Assembly (NCBI GenBank): GCA_050179935.1
Contig: JBFXEQ010000010.1
Coordinates: 2,353 to 66,352, forward strand
Source of the DNA: Bacteroidales bacterium
Lineage (GTDB): Bacteria; Bacteroidota; Bacteroidia; Bacteroidales; UBA12077
Length of the DNA stretch: 64,000 bases
Direction: 5' to 3'
Shown here: positions 1-10,251 of the stretch, piece by piece
How the letters are laid out: each line of letters begins with the position of its first letter
Numbering within the stretch: the first letter of the stretch is position 1
Position numbers and translations under genes: made by a program
The notes under the pieces: model-generated
The model's database searches: none
Told to the model about the DNA's origin: nothing
What the model saw: only the letters and a program-made list of their open reading frames with translations

Positions 1-2
1 AA

Positions 3-2000
3 ATCTATCTTAATAATGCAATTAATGTTGCTCGCACCTTAAAAGATAAATCCCTCTTATTAAAAAAGGCCAATGTTGAAAGATCATTTATTACAGAAAT
101 AATAAAAGATGCATTGATCGCAAATCCTAATTTTCTTGCCGTTTGGACAATGTGGGAACATAATGCTTTTGACAATAAGGATGATTATTATAAAAATACA
201 ATTGGAAATGATTCTCAAGGTAATATATCAACAACCTTTTTTAAGTACAAGGACACAATACTTTTAGAAGAAACTCAGCCAGATGATTACTTAGAAGATT
301 ATTATACAATACCAAGAAGGACAAAATCGGAGCTGTTTATGGATCCTTACTATTATCAATATGAAGGATTTTCTTATATTTTCTATGAAATATCAATTGT
401 TGTTCCTATTATTATTGATACAACTTTTGCGGGTGTTTTTGGGGTTGACATAAACCTTGATGGTTTATTAAAGATCCTTAAACCAGTTAAACTTTATAAA
501 TCGGGTTATCTTTGTTTAATTGCAAATAGCGGAGTAATTGTATCTCATGCCGACACATCTTTTATAAAGAAAAATATTTCTGATATAATATCCAAAAATG
601 AAGTACAAACCTATGAAGCAATTAAACAAGGTAAAGAATTAGCCTTGGAAACAATTTCTGAGTTTACTGGAGAAAAGGTATTCAGGTATTTTTATCCAAT
701 ATCATCAAGCGAAAATATTAAACCTTGGAGCATGATGGTTGAGATTCCAATCGAAGAAGCAACTACCCGATCAAAACAATTATTATATATAGCTTTTGGA
801 ATTTTAATAGTTGGACTCTCCTTGCTGTTATATTTGGTAATTAATATTTATGAAAGAAAAAAGTATGAGCAAGAAATTTTAACAGCAAAAAGAAAGGCCG
901 AAGAGAGCAACCGGCTAAAAACAGCATTTTTAAATAATATTTCACATGAGATTCGTACACCATTGAATGGAATACTTGGATTTTCTGAACTGCTTATTGA
1001 TAGCGATCTGGATGATGAACATGCCGTTGTATATAAAAATATAATTCATAATTCTAGTAATCAGTTGCTTTCAATTATTTCAAATATCATCGAATTATCA
1101 AAAATTCAATCTAGTAAGGTTGAAAGAATAATTAAGGAATTTGAAATTAATAATGCTATACAAAAGGTTGTTGATTCATTCAAACCAGCAATCAATGAAA
1201 AAGGGTTAAAACTGATTCTTAATATATCAGAGAATAACAAAAATAAGTTTATTCGTACCGATGAGGATAAGTTTAAACAGGTGCTTTCGTATCTAATAAA
1301 TAACGCTATTAAGTTTACAGAAAAAGGATCAATCGAAGTGGGTTTTTTCGATCAGGAAAGCACTTATTTATTTTATGTAATGGATACAGGTATTGGGATT
1401 AAACCTGAAAATTATAATAATATTTTCAAATATTTTAACCAGGAAGATTCGACCATGACACGTAATTTTGGAGGATTAGGAGTTGGTTTATCAATAACAA
1501 AATCATATGTTGATTTATTAGGAGGTTCCATACGTTTTGAATCGGAGGTTGGCAAAGGAACAACATTTTATTTTAATTTACCAAACCTTCAGCTAAACAC
1601 AGATGATATTAAAAACAGAAGTAATAAAGTTTCTAAGAAACATACTTATACGATTTTAATTGTTGAAGATGAAAAGACTAATTATATATTGCTTAATGAA
1701 ATACTTGTGAGCTCAGGAGTAAAAACCATCTGGGCCCAAAATGGAGAGGAAGCTGTAAAGCTTTGCAAACTTGATGATTCCATAAAGCTAATATTTATGG
1801 ATATTAAAATGCCTGTAATGAATGGATTTGAAGCAGCCCAACTAATAAAATCCGATAGAAAAGACATTCCGATTATTGCACTTACCGGAAACTATACTAC
1901 ACAAGAGGTTGGGGACAAAATATGTTTCGATTCAATTATTACTAAACCTTTTAAAAAGGAGGATCTAATAAGGGTGCTTAAAATGGCAAATCTTAAATAA
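3..2000 (+). CDS. Hybrid sensor histidine kinase/response regulator (dCache sensor, TM, HisKA, HATPase_c, REC); 5'-truncated by the window edge
   Basis: The frame is open from position 3, so the ORF-track start at 114 is internal. Motifs: Cache-like GVFGVDI/GYLCLI, TM helix, H-box FLNNISHEIRTPLNGI, N-box NNAIKFT, G-boxes DTGIGI/GGLGVGL, receiver ILIVED...FMDIKMPVMNG...KP. Confidence 0.92.
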   Translation: MYLNNAINVARTLKDKSLLLKKANVERSFITEIIKDALIANPNFLAVWTMWEHNAFDNKDDYYKNTIGNDSQGNISTTFFKYKDTILLEETQPDDYLEDYYTIPRRTKSELFMDPYYYQYEGFSYIFYEISIVVPIIIDTTFAGVFGVDINLDGLLKILKPVKLYKSGYLCLIANSGVIVSHADTSFIKKNISDIISKNEVQTYEAIKQGKELALETISEFTGEKVFRYFYPISSSENIKPWSMMVEIPIEEATTRSKQLLYIAFGILIVGLSLLLYLVINIYERKKYEQEILTAKRKAEESNRLKTAFLNNISHEIRTPLNGILGFSELLIDSDLDDEHAVVYKNIIHNSSNQLLSIISNIIELSKIQSSKVERIIKEFEINNAIQKVVDSFKPAINEKGLKLILNISENNKNKFIRTDEDKFKQVLSYLINNAIKFTEKGSIEVGFFDQESTYLFYVMDTGIGIKPENYNNIFKYFNQEDSTMTRNFGGLGVGLSITKSYVDLLGGSIRFESEVGKGTTFYFNLPNLQLNTDDIKNRSNKVSKKHTYTILIVEDEKTNYILLNEILVSSGVKTIWAQNGEEAVKLCKLDDSIKLIFMDIKMPVMNGFEAAQLIKSDRKDIPIIALTGNYTTQEVGDKICFDSIITKPFKKEDLIRVLKMANLK

Positions 2001-2010
2001 ATTATTTTTA

Positions 2011-4488
2011 CTACAAAGGGTCCACATCGATATTAACAGATACTGATCTAAAACTTTCAACTGTCTTAATCTTTTCAATTTCAGTTTTTAGCAGTTCTTT
2101 TGCTTTTGCAAATGAGCTTTTTCTCTCAACTTTTAATAGAATGCTTTTAATATAAAGATTGTGCATACGCCCAATTATTGGTGAATGTGGACCTAATATT
2201 CGTTTCCCGAAGATTTTTCTTAGGTTTTCAGCCAGGAGCTCAGTTGCATCGCTTACGATTTGCTGGTTTTTATGTTTTAAATGGATATTAATGAGCCTGC
2301 AAAAGGGTGGATAATTAAACTCTTTTCTTTCGATGAGCTGCGATTGGTAAAATTCCTGATAATTATTATCCATAATCCAATGCAGAATTGGATGTGTCGG
2401 ATTATTAGTCTGAATAAGTACTTTACCTTGCCTGTGTTTTCTACCGGCTCTGCCGCTTACTTGCGCCATAAGCTGAAAACTTCTTTCATGCGACCTGAAA
2501 TCAGGGTAATTGAGCATGTTGTCGGCATTCATAATTCCTACAAGCTGCACATTATCAAAATCAAGTCCTTTGGAAATCATTTGTGTTCCGATAAGGATAT
2601 CAATATTACCCTCTTCAAACTCCGAAATTATTTTTTGATATGACATTTTTGAGCGGGTTGTGTCTAAATCCATACGTACAGTTTTGGCTTGCGGGAAAAT
2701 GCTTTTAATATCTTCTTCAATTTTTTCGGTTCCAAACCCTTTGGTGCTAAGCGCAGTATCGCCACATTTTGAGCATGATTTGTAGGTTCGTACTGAAAAT
2801 CCACAATAGTGGCATACCAGCTCGTTTGAATACTGGTGATAAGTTAAGCTTACATCGCAGTTTGGACAGTATGGAATCCATCCGCATGATTCACATTCGA
2901 GATATGGAGCAAAACCTCGCCTATTCTGAAATAGAATAACTTTTTCATTTATCTCAAGGGCAGATTTAATACTCTCAATTAACTGATTACTGAAATAAGT
3001 TTTAACTTCTTTTCGCTTACGGGCACGTAACATATCAACAAGCTGTACCGAAGGAAGTTTAATATCTAAAAACCGGGTCTGTAGTTCAACAAAGCCATAT
3101 TTACCCGATTTTGCATTAAAATAGGTTTCTATTGATGGTGTTGCAGAACCAAGCAGAACGTTTGCATTATGTATTTGTGCAAGAACAATAGCACCATCGC
3201 GGGCATTGTATCGCGGAGCCGGATCATATTGTTTATAAGAGTTCTCATGTTCTTCATCAACAATAATTAATCCCAGATTCGAAAATGGCAAAAACAACGA
3301 TGAGCGAACACCTAAAATAATGCTGTAAGAAGATGTATCGTTTGCCTTTAATATATTCTGATAAACTTCTACTCGCTCGGCATCACTGAACTTTGAATGA
3401 TAAATACCTACTTTATTGCCAAAAACCAACCTGAGCTTATTAATTATTTGTGCTGTTAAAGCAATCTCAGGTAAAAGATATAACACCTGTTTCCCAAGTT
3501 TAATTTGCTCATCAATAAGTCGAATATAGATTTCGGTCTTGCCACTTGATGTAACTCCATGTAATAGAGTAGTTTGTTTTACCTTGAATTGTTCTTTTAT
3601 TGACAAATAAGCTGATTGTTGAATTTCGGTGAGTGTTTTAAACTCATTGGTTAATTCCGAACCATTCTCTAATCTGCTAACAGGAATGTCATATTCTTCT
3701 AGTATATTTTTTTCGATTAGGCTTTTTAGAATTTGATGAGTCGAATTTGATTGTTGCAACAATGCCTTCTTTTTAACTTCAACCGGATTTGGTAAAATAT
3801 AAACTCCTGATAACTCAATAAATGTAAGTATAATAGAGTTTTGTTTCGGTGCTCTTTTAAGCGATTCGATAACAGAATTAAGATTTTCTTCGTTATTTAT
3901 TGAGGGGTGTAATCTAATGTATAATTCCGTTTTTGGTTTATAGGTTTCAACTAGGTTCTCATTTATGCTTATAGCGTTTTTCTGAAGCAGAGAAACTGCT
4001 ATTGACAACACATTTTTACGATTTATCGCCTTCGTAATTTCATAAACAGTTGAGGTATTTACCTTTGAAAGAAAATCAAGTACAATCTGCTCTGTTTTGC
4101 TAAGTTTGTCTGTTTCAATATAGTCTGGATTATAGACCAGCTGAGTTTCGCTTTCGGGTTTAAAACCGGCTGGCAAAGCAGCTTTATAAACATTACCCAG
4201 CGAACACATGTAATAATTGCTTATCCAATTCCAGATTTTAAACTGATAATCGTTAATAACAGGCTGAGGGTCAATTACAGCAAGTATTTCCTTTACTTCA
4301 AAATCTTCAGGCTTTGAATCGTGGATCCTAAAAACAATGGCTGTATAAATTTTTCGGGTTCCAAACTGAACAATAACGCGTTTACCTTTTGCAACCTCCT
4401 TAATCATATCTTCAGGTATTGAAAAAGTGAATAATTGATTTAGTGGAAGAGGAAGTATTACATCGGCAAATAATAAACTTTTGTTCAT
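2011..4488 (-). CDS. priA: Primosomal protein N' (replication restart helicase)
   Basis: GVTSSGKTE Walker A, LLPEIALT, DEEHE, Zn-finger CxxC motifs, GTQMISKGLDF, QVSGRAGR. Confidence 0.97.
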   Translation of the reverse strand: MNKSLLFADVILPLPLNQLFTFSIPEDMIKEVAKGKRVIVQFGTRKIYTAIVFRIHDSKPEDFEVKEILAVIDPQPVINDYQFKIWNWISNYYMCSLGNVYKAALPAGFKPESETQLVYNPDYIETDKLSKTEQIVLDFLSKVNTSTVYEITKAINRKNVLSIAVSLLQKNAISINENLVETYKPKTELYIRLHPSINNEENLNSVIESLKRAPKQNSIILTFIELSGVYILPNPVEVKKKALLQQSNSTHQILKSLIEKNILEEYDIPVSRLENGSELTNEFKTLTEIQQSAYLSIKEQFKVKQTTLLHGVTSSGKTEIYIRLIDEQIKLGKQVLYLLPEIALTAQIINKLRLVFGNKVGIYHSKFSDAERVEVYQNILKANDTSSYSIILGVRSSLFLPFSNLGLIIVDEEHENSYKQYDPAPRYNARDGAIVLAQIHNANVLLGSATPSIETYFNAKSGKYGFVELQTRFLDIKLPSVQLVDMLRARKRKEVKTYFSNQLIESIKSALEINEKVILFQNRRGFAPYLECESCGWIPYCPNCDVSLTYHQYSNELVCHYCGFSVRTYKSCSKCGDTALSTKGFGTEKIEEDIKSIFPQAKTVRMDLDTTRSKMSYQKIISEFEEGNIDILIGTQMISKGLDFDNVQLVGIMNADNMLNYPDFRSHERSFQLMAQVSGRAGRKHRQGKVLIQTNNPTHPILHWIMDNNYQEFYQSQLIERKEFNYPPFCRLINIHLKHKNQQIVSDATELLAENLRKIFGKRILGPHSPIIGRMHNLYIKSILLKVERKSSFAKAKELLKTEIEKIKTVESFRSVSVNIDVDPL

Positions 4489-4610
4489 GGTTTATAATTA
4501 AACAGGGATGAGTCTTTAAAATTAGACAAACTATATAAATAAAAATTATATTTTAGTTCTATTTATATATTAGAACGATCTTGATTTTTTCTAAATAATT
4601 TGATTAAGAT

Positions 4611-4639
4611 AAAAAAAGAGATCCATCGGATCTCTTTTT
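4611..4639. terminator. Rho-independent (bidirectional-type) terminator downstream of the 4652..5014 gene
   Basis: AAAAAAAGAGATCC-ATC-GGATCTCTTTTT hairpin flanked by A and T tracts. Confidence 0.85.
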
Positions 4640-4651
4640 AGGTTAATATTT

Positions 4652-5014
4652 TTACTCTTCGTATGGTTCGTCTTTTACATTCTCGGCTTCATCATAGTTG
4701 TCGTCGAGGTATTCTTCATTGTCATCGTCCGCTGATTCATCAGCTTCAACTTCTTCTGCAAAATCGCCTCTCAGCTTACCTTCACTATCAAAGTCATCAT
4801 CATCTTTAACAATCTGACGGGCTTCACCAGCTGTCATCCTGATTAAATAATAAATATCTTCTGTTTCATAAGGTAATGCCGAAATGTATCGTCCTTCAGC
4901 ATTTGTAAAAGTTATTAAGTTATCCTCATATCCATCAGGATACTCCATTTTAATCCTGTTAATCGTTGCTTCAGGAAGTTTATCGTAATCTATAACTACT
5001 CGTTTTTTTGCCAC
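4652..5014 (-). CDS. Small hypothetical protein with a very acidic C-terminal tail (resembles a conserved Bacteroidota family)
   Basis: 120 aa, GTG start, N-terminal KRVVIDYDKLP...YPDGY...YYLIRM, D/E-rich tail, followed by its own terminator. Confidence 0.8.
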   Translation of the reverse strand: MAKKRVVIDYDKLPEATINRIKMEYPDGYEDNLITFTNAEGRYISALPYETEDIYYLIRMTAGEARQIVKDDDDFDSEGKLRGDFAEEVEADESADDDNEEYLDDNYDEAENVKDEPYEE

Positions 5015-5665
5015 TTTTATATAATTTTAACTATTTTTTGAAGTCCGAAATATATTTAGAAATTGTAATTTGACAAAGAAATAGAAAAAAAAATCCAAAA
5101 AAAAATTAAATTGATTGATTCTAAATTTTTTATAATTATATGCCTAATTACTAATTCGTACCTTTATATCAAAATAAAAAATAAAGGTTATGATTTTTTT
5201 GAGAAAATAGATCAGAAAGTAGTAAAACTTATAAATAGCTATAATAATTAATGAGGTAATAGGATAAAAGAATATTGAACTTTCTATTTTTCTTTTTCCT
5301 GTAAAGGAATTGATTCAAGCTCTGAGGCAGAGTTGCATTTTTGCTCACATAAACAACTTATAATTATTAAGCGCAAAAGGATTTCAATAAGTTTTTCGGG
5401 TTTCATCCTTTATGAAATTTGTATATATTTATAAGATGTTTTTTTCCATCATTTAGTTGCCTTAATCTTTGGATAAATTGTGATTTAAAAAATGTAAATG
5501 GCTTTTTTTATTATGATTTAATTGAATTGGAACCTTAATCACATAGTAAAAGTCATAACCAATAAGCTCAATTAGGCATGTTGATGTTTTGGTTTTATAA
5601 TAGGCAAAGGGTTTGGTGTTTTAAACCATTGATGGATTTCAGGCCACGATAATAAAATATAAAAC

Positions 5666-7036
5666 ATGACAACGATAGAATTACTCGAAAAACAGCGTGA
5701 GTTTTTTCACAGCAATCAGTCTAAATCTGTAAAGTTTAGGATTGAACAATTGAAAAAGCTACGTTTTCTTCTAAAAGAAAACGAGGAATTGCTCTACAAA
5801 GAAATCGACAAAGATTTTGGAAAATCGCAGTATGAGACTTATATTACAGAGCTTTCACTGATTTATCATGAAATAAAGTTAGCCATAAAAAATTCCAAAC
5901 GTTGGGCTAAACCCAAATATGTCTGGACAAATTTGGCCAATTTTCCTGGGAAAAGCAGAATTATTTATGAACCGTTTGGAAATATACTGGTAATTGGTGC
6001 TTGGAATTATCCTTATCAATTATCTCTGGTGCCAGCGATTTCAGCAATTGCGGCTGGTAATACAGTAGTTCTAAAACCCAGTGAGCTTGCTTCGCATACA
6101 TCGAATCTAATGGCCAAAATAGTGAATGAAAATTTTAATCCGGGATTTTTCTCTGTAAGAGAAGGAGGGGTTAAGGAAACATCAGAATTACTAAATGAAA
6201 GGTTCGATAAGATCTTCTTCACCGGTAGCACTGCTGTTGGGAAAATAGTAATGCTGGCCGCTGCAAATCATCTTACTCCTGTTACACTCGAACTTGGAGG
6301 TAAAAGTCCTGTTTTTGTATTGCCCGATGCAAGTCTTAAGATGACTGCAAAGCGAATTGTTTGGGGTAAATTTTTAAATGCTGGCCAAACTTGTGTTGCT
6401 CCTGATTATGTGCTGGTTCACTCAGAAATTAAAGAAAAGTTTCTGACCGAACTTAAATACCAAATTGAATTAATACATGGGTTGGAGCCGAAAGGCAAAG
6501 AAACATATGTCAGGATAATTAATAAACGACATTACGACAGACTGATTCAGTTAATCCATCGCGATAAGATATATTATGGTGGCGAAACGGATCCTGAAAA
6601 TCTTTTTATTGGTCCTACCATTCTTGATAACATCTCGTTTGACGATAAAGTTATGGAGGATGAGATTTTTGGGCCTATACTTCCGGTTATTGTATTTAAC
6701 GACTTAGACGAAATGGTGAAAAAAGTTAAAACCCGTCCCGAACCACTGGCTCTTTATATTTTTACTAAGAATCGTAAAATAAAAGAAAAACTAATTAACG
6801 AAATTTCATTTGGTGGAGGCTGTATCAATGATACTATTTTGCATCTATCAAACTCAAAACTTCCATTTGGGGGGAAAGGACTAAGCGGTATTGGAAACTA
6901 TCATGGGAAGGACGGATTTGATACCTTTAGTCATAAAAAAAGTATTCTTTATAAAGGATTATGGTTTGAACCTTTCTTAAAATACAAACCTTACCACGAA
7001 TGGAAATTGAAGTTACTGAAATTGATTTTTGAATAA
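5666..7036 (+). CDS. Aldehyde dehydrogenase (ALDH3/fatty-aldehyde type)
   Basis: WNYP, FTGST, LELGGKSP, NAGQTCVAPDY (catalytic Cys), EIFGP, PFGG motifs. Confidence 0.95.
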   Translation: MTTIELLEKQREFFHSNQSKSVKFRIEQLKKLRFLLKENEELLYKEIDKDFGKSQYETYITELSLIYHEIKLAIKNSKRWAKPKYVWTNLANFPGKSRIIYEPFGNILVIGAWNYPYQLSLVPAISAIAAGNTVVLKPSELASHTSNLMAKIVNENFNPGFFSVREGGVKETSELLNERFDKIFFTGSTAVGKIVMLAAANHLTPVTLELGGKSPVFVLPDASLKMTAKRIVWGKFLNAGQTCVAPDYVLVHSEIKEKFLTELKYQIELIHGLEPKGKETYVRIINKRHYDRLIQLIHRDKIYYGGETDPENLFIGPTILDNISFDDKVMEDEIFGPILPVIVFNDLDEMVKKVKTRPEPLALYIFTKNRKIKEKLINEISFGGGCINDTILHLSNSKLPFGGKGLSGIGNYHGKDGFDTFSHKKSILYKGLWFEPFLKYKPYHEWKLKLLKLIFE

Positions 7037-7092
7037 AAAAAGAAGCTATAAAGTAATTAAGTTGTTTATTTTTTTGCTTCGCAAGAGAGAAG

Positions 7093-7156
7093 TTCGACAG
7101 GTTCAAAATGACAATAATCTAAATATCAATATGTCACACTGAGCTTGTTGAAGTGT
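7093..7156. repeat. Inverted pair of REP-like elements (TGTCAcnCTgAGCyTGTyGAAG family)
   Basis: TTCGACAGGTTCAAAATGACA (7093-7113) faces TGTCACACTGAGCTTGTTGAAGTGT (7132-7156); a related copy lies at 47545-47570. Confidence 0.55.
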
Positions 7157-7164
7157 AACATACG

Positions 7165-7244
7165 AAAAAAGAGGCTTTTTATAATGAAGTGCACCCCAAA
7201 TATTGGACACAATATTTGGGGTGCAGATCATAAGGCCTCTTTTT
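7165..7244. terminator. Bidirectional terminator between convergent ALDH and dcp, interrupted by a mini-element
   Basis: Arms AAAAAGAGGC (7166-7175) and GCCTCTTTTT (7235-7244) are exact reverse complements. Confidence 0.75.
7185..7230. mobile_element. 46-bp IS3-family-like MITE (abutted terminal inverted repeats) with a 3-bp TAA direct repeat
   Basis: TGAAGTGCACCCCAAATATTG-GACA-CAATATTTGGGGTGCAGATCA has TG...CA ends and a 21-bp IR matching 19/21. It is flanked by TAA at 7182-7184 and 7231-7233. Confidence 0.7.
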
Positions 7245-7247
7245 ATT

Positions 7248-9341
7248 TTATTTCAATCCATTTCGTTTTAAAAAAGCATCAAGCTTTGGTTCGCTGCCTC
7301 GGTATTTTTTATAAAGATCCATCGCAGGTTCGGTATTTCCTCTGGAGAAAATATTATCACGCAACGATTTTGCTGTTTCCTGATCGAACAATCCTTTTTC
7401 CTGGAACACGCTGAAAGCATCGGCATCCAGTACTTGCGCCCATTGGTAACTATAATATCCCGATGAATAACCACCACCAAAAATATGACCAAAATAAGGG
7501 CTGCGGTAACGAACAACGATTTCAGGAATCATTCCTATTTTTGTCATTATTTCGTTTTCAAATTGGGTTGCATCTTTTTCAACTGGCTCGTTCAATGTGT
7601 ACCAATACATATCTAATAATGCAGCAGATGTATATTCCAAAACGGTAAATCCTTTATTGAATAATCCGCTATTTTGAATTTTATCGATAAGTTCCTGTGG
7701 AATAACCTCTCCTGTTTGGTAATGTTTTGCAAACATTTTTAACACTTCGGGTTCCGAGGCCCAGTTTTCCATAATTTGCGATGGCAATTCAACAAAGTCG
7801 CGGGCAACATTTGTGGCAGCCAATGAATGGTATTTGCAATTAGATAGTAATCCATGCAAGGCATGTCCAAACTCGTGGAATGTAGTAGAAACTTCGTCGA
7901 AAGTAAATAATGCGGGTTTATCAACTGATGGAGCAGAGAAATTGAAGTTAGTTGTGATAATCGGATCAACACCTTCTGATTGTCTGCGGTATTCATCCAT
8001 CCAAGCTCCGCCCACTTTGCTTGCGCGTGGATACCAATCCATATAAAGTATTCCCAAGAAAGTTCCATCTGGATTTTGAACTTCGAAAACTTCAACATCG
8101 GGATGATATTTAGGAACATCGGTGCGTTCAACGAATTTTATTCCCCATAATTTGGTTGCTACTTCAAAAGCACCATTACGAACATTATTCTTTTCGAAAT
8201 AGGGGCGAAGCATTTCTTCGTCGAGATCGTATTTTTCTTTACGAAGTTTTTCTGAATAATACCACCAGTCCCAATGTGCCAGTTTAAATTTGCCACCTTC
8301 TTTGTCAATCATCTTTTGTAGTTCGGCAGCTTCTTCCTTTGCTATTGGTAAAGCAGCGACCCATACTTTATTTAAAAATTCAAACACGGCCTCTGGTGTT
8401 TTAGCCATGTTAATATCAAGAACATACTCAGCATAATTTTTAAACCCGAATAATTGAGCTTTTTCTGCACTTAAAGCGGCTATACGAGATAATATTTTTT
8501 TATTGTCATATTCGTTGTTGTTATCGCCACGCATAATATAGGCGGTATGCAATTTCTGACGCAATTCACGATTTTCAGCATACGTTAAAAATGGAAGCAG
8601 ACTTGGCTTTTGTGTTGTAAAAATCCATTTACCTTCCATGCTATCGGCTTTGGCTGCATCTGCTGCTGCTTGTTTAACTGCATCAGGAAGACCGGCTAAA
8701 TCAGCTTCATTATCGATAATCATCTTGTAGCTATTGGTCTCGGCAAGTACATTTTCGCCAAATTTTAACTCTAAAGTGGCAAGTTCGCTGTTAATTTCTC
8801 TTAGTCTAGCTTGTTTTGCCGAATCGAGGTTTGCGCCTCCACGTTCGAAGTTTTTATAGCTTACTTCAAGTAATCGGTTTTGTTCTGGAGTTAAATCAAG
8901 CTGATCTTTTTGCTCATAAACAGCTTTATAACGCTTAAAGAGTTCAGCATTCATTGCAATATCATCATAATGTTTGGCCAGCAATGGGGTAACTTCCTGA
9001 GCTACTTTTTGCATCTCATCGCTTGTAAGTGACTGATTTAGGTTTGTAAAAGTTGCACGTACCTTATTTAAAAGTTTACCACTAAGTTCCAATGCTTCAA
9101 TAGTATTCTCGAAAGTTGGAACTTCGGTGTTTGCGACAATTGCATCAATTTCTTGCGCATTTTGCTTAATTGCTTCGGTGTAAGCAGGAACAAAATGCTC
9201 CACTTTTATTAACTCGAAAGGCGGAACTCCATGTGGAGTATTAAACTCGCCCAATAATGGGTTTTCCATGTTTTCTGATTTTTGAGTACATGATGCCAGT
9301 AGTAAACCTGCTGCAAACATCATTAATGTAATTTTTTTCAC
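7248..9341 (-). CDS. dcp: M3 family metallopeptidase (peptidyl-dipeptidase Dcp-like), probable lipoprotein
   Basis: HEFGHALH zinc motif, DFVELPSQIMENW, GYSSGYYSYQWA, lipobox LLASC, GTG start. Confidence 0.93.
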   Translation of the reverse strand: MKKITLMMFAAGLLLASCTQKSENMENPLLGEFNTPHGVPPFELIKVEHFVPAYTEAIKQNAQEIDAIVANTEVPTFENTIEALELSGKLLNKVRATFTNLNQSLTSDEMQKVAQEVTPLLAKHYDDIAMNAELFKRYKAVYEQKDQLDLTPEQNRLLEVSYKNFERGGANLDSAKQARLREINSELATLELKFGENVLAETNSYKMIIDNEADLAGLPDAVKQAAADAAKADSMEGKWIFTTQKPSLLPFLTYAENRELRQKLHTAYIMRGDNNNEYDNKKILSRIAALSAEKAQLFGFKNYAEYVLDINMAKTPEAVFEFLNKVWVAALPIAKEEAAELQKMIDKEGGKFKLAHWDWWYYSEKLRKEKYDLDEEMLRPYFEKNNVRNGAFEVATKLWGIKFVERTDVPKYHPDVEVFEVQNPDGTFLGILYMDWYPRASKVGGAWMDEYRRQSEGVDPIITTNFNFSAPSVDKPALFTFDEVSTTFHEFGHALHGLLSNCKYHSLAATNVARDFVELPSQIMENWASEPEVLKMFAKHYQTGEVIPQELIDKIQNSGLFNKGFTVLEYTSAALLDMYWYTLNEPVEKDATQFENEIMTKIGMIPEIVVRYRSPYFGHIFGGGYSSGYYSYQWAQVLDADAFSVFQEKGLFDQETAKSLRDNIFSRGNTEPAMDLYKKYRGSEPKLDAFLKRNGLK

Positions 9342-9384
9342 GATTGGATATTTATAAGGTTTATAATTTGTAAATAGTAAACAT

Positions 9385-9415
9385 CAAAGGTAATAAGTAA
9401 TATTCTGTTTTCAAT
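9385..9415 (-). promoter_or_regulatory. Bacteroidota sigma-70-type promoter for dcp
   Basis: Minus strand TACCTTTG (-7 element, 9385-9392) with TTG 20 nt upstream. Confidence 0.6.
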
Positions 9416-9429
9416 GATTAAGTAAAATC

Positions 9430-9469
9430 AAAAATCCCTGAAAATAGTTTATTGTTTTCAGAGATTTTT
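9430..9469 (-). terminator. Probable terminator after the CBS gene
   Basis: AAAAATCCCTGAAAA...TTTTCAGAGATTTTT imperfect hairpin just after the stop codon. Confidence 0.5.
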
Positions 9470-9488
9470 CTAATAAAAGGAGATTTAT

Positions 9489-9971
9489 TTATTCTTCCTG
9501 CTGGTATAAATGAATACCAAAAGGATTTTTAATGTGTTCGCGTAGAAGTCTTGCTTCTGTTTCTGTTGATTCAAGCTCTGCTTTTATTATATCGCCAATG
9601 GAAACAATGCCAACAAGCTTTTCGGGTTCTTCGATTATAGGTATATGCCGAATACGTTTTGCAGTCATTACATTCATTAGGTATTGAGAGTCATCATCAG
9701 CTTTTCCAATAATAATTTGATCCTTGGATGTCATCAGGTTTTTTATCTTTTGCTCTTTTAAAGGCACTCCGGAGTTGTAACATTTGTAAAGGATGTCTCT
9801 CTCTGAAACAATTCCGATTAACTCATTTTTTTCATTTACAACAAGCAATGAGCCAATTTTAAACTTATCTAATCGCGCTATGGTATCATACGCAGTTGCA
9901 TCCTGTTGAATGGTGATTACATTTTCAGTTCCGATTTTTTCTTTTTTGTTTAGTATCTCTTTTGCCTTCAT
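9489..9971 (-). CDS. Stand-alone CBS-pair domain protein
   Basis: IGSLLVV...GIVSERD and RIRHIPII...GIVSIGDII tandem CBS motifs. Confidence 0.92.
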   Translation of the reverse strand: MKAKEILNKKEKIGTENVITIQQDATAYDTIARLDKFKIGSLLVVNEKNELIGIVSERDILYKCYNSGVPLKEQKIKNLMTSKDQIIIGKADDDSQYLMNVMTAKRIRHIPIIEEPEKLVGIVSIGDIIKAELESTETEARLLREHIKNPFGIHLYQQEE

Positions 9972-10057
9972 AGTTTACCTAGTTTAATTATAAAAACATG
10001 AGGTAAATGTAATGAATAAAAACTCCAAAGTCAATATATGTAGATATATAAATAATA

Positions 10058-10069
10058 TGATATATATCA
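10058..10069. promoter_or_regulatory. Putative Crp/Fnr-type binding site upstream of the CBS gene
   Basis: TGAT-ATAT-ATCA, matching the TGAT-N4-ATCA core. Confidence 0.5.
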
Positions 10070-10251
10070 GTTTGGAAGGAATTGGTTTCTCAACGCTTTT
10101 TATAGTTCCCTAGAGTATCTTTTATTTATTACGAGAGGTTACCCAAATTTTTGGGTAAAATGTAGATATGACAAACCAAACAATTAGAAATTGTGAAGAG
10201 CCCTGAAAGAGTGTTCAGAAAGATATTGGAAGGAGCAATCTTTAAAAGAAT

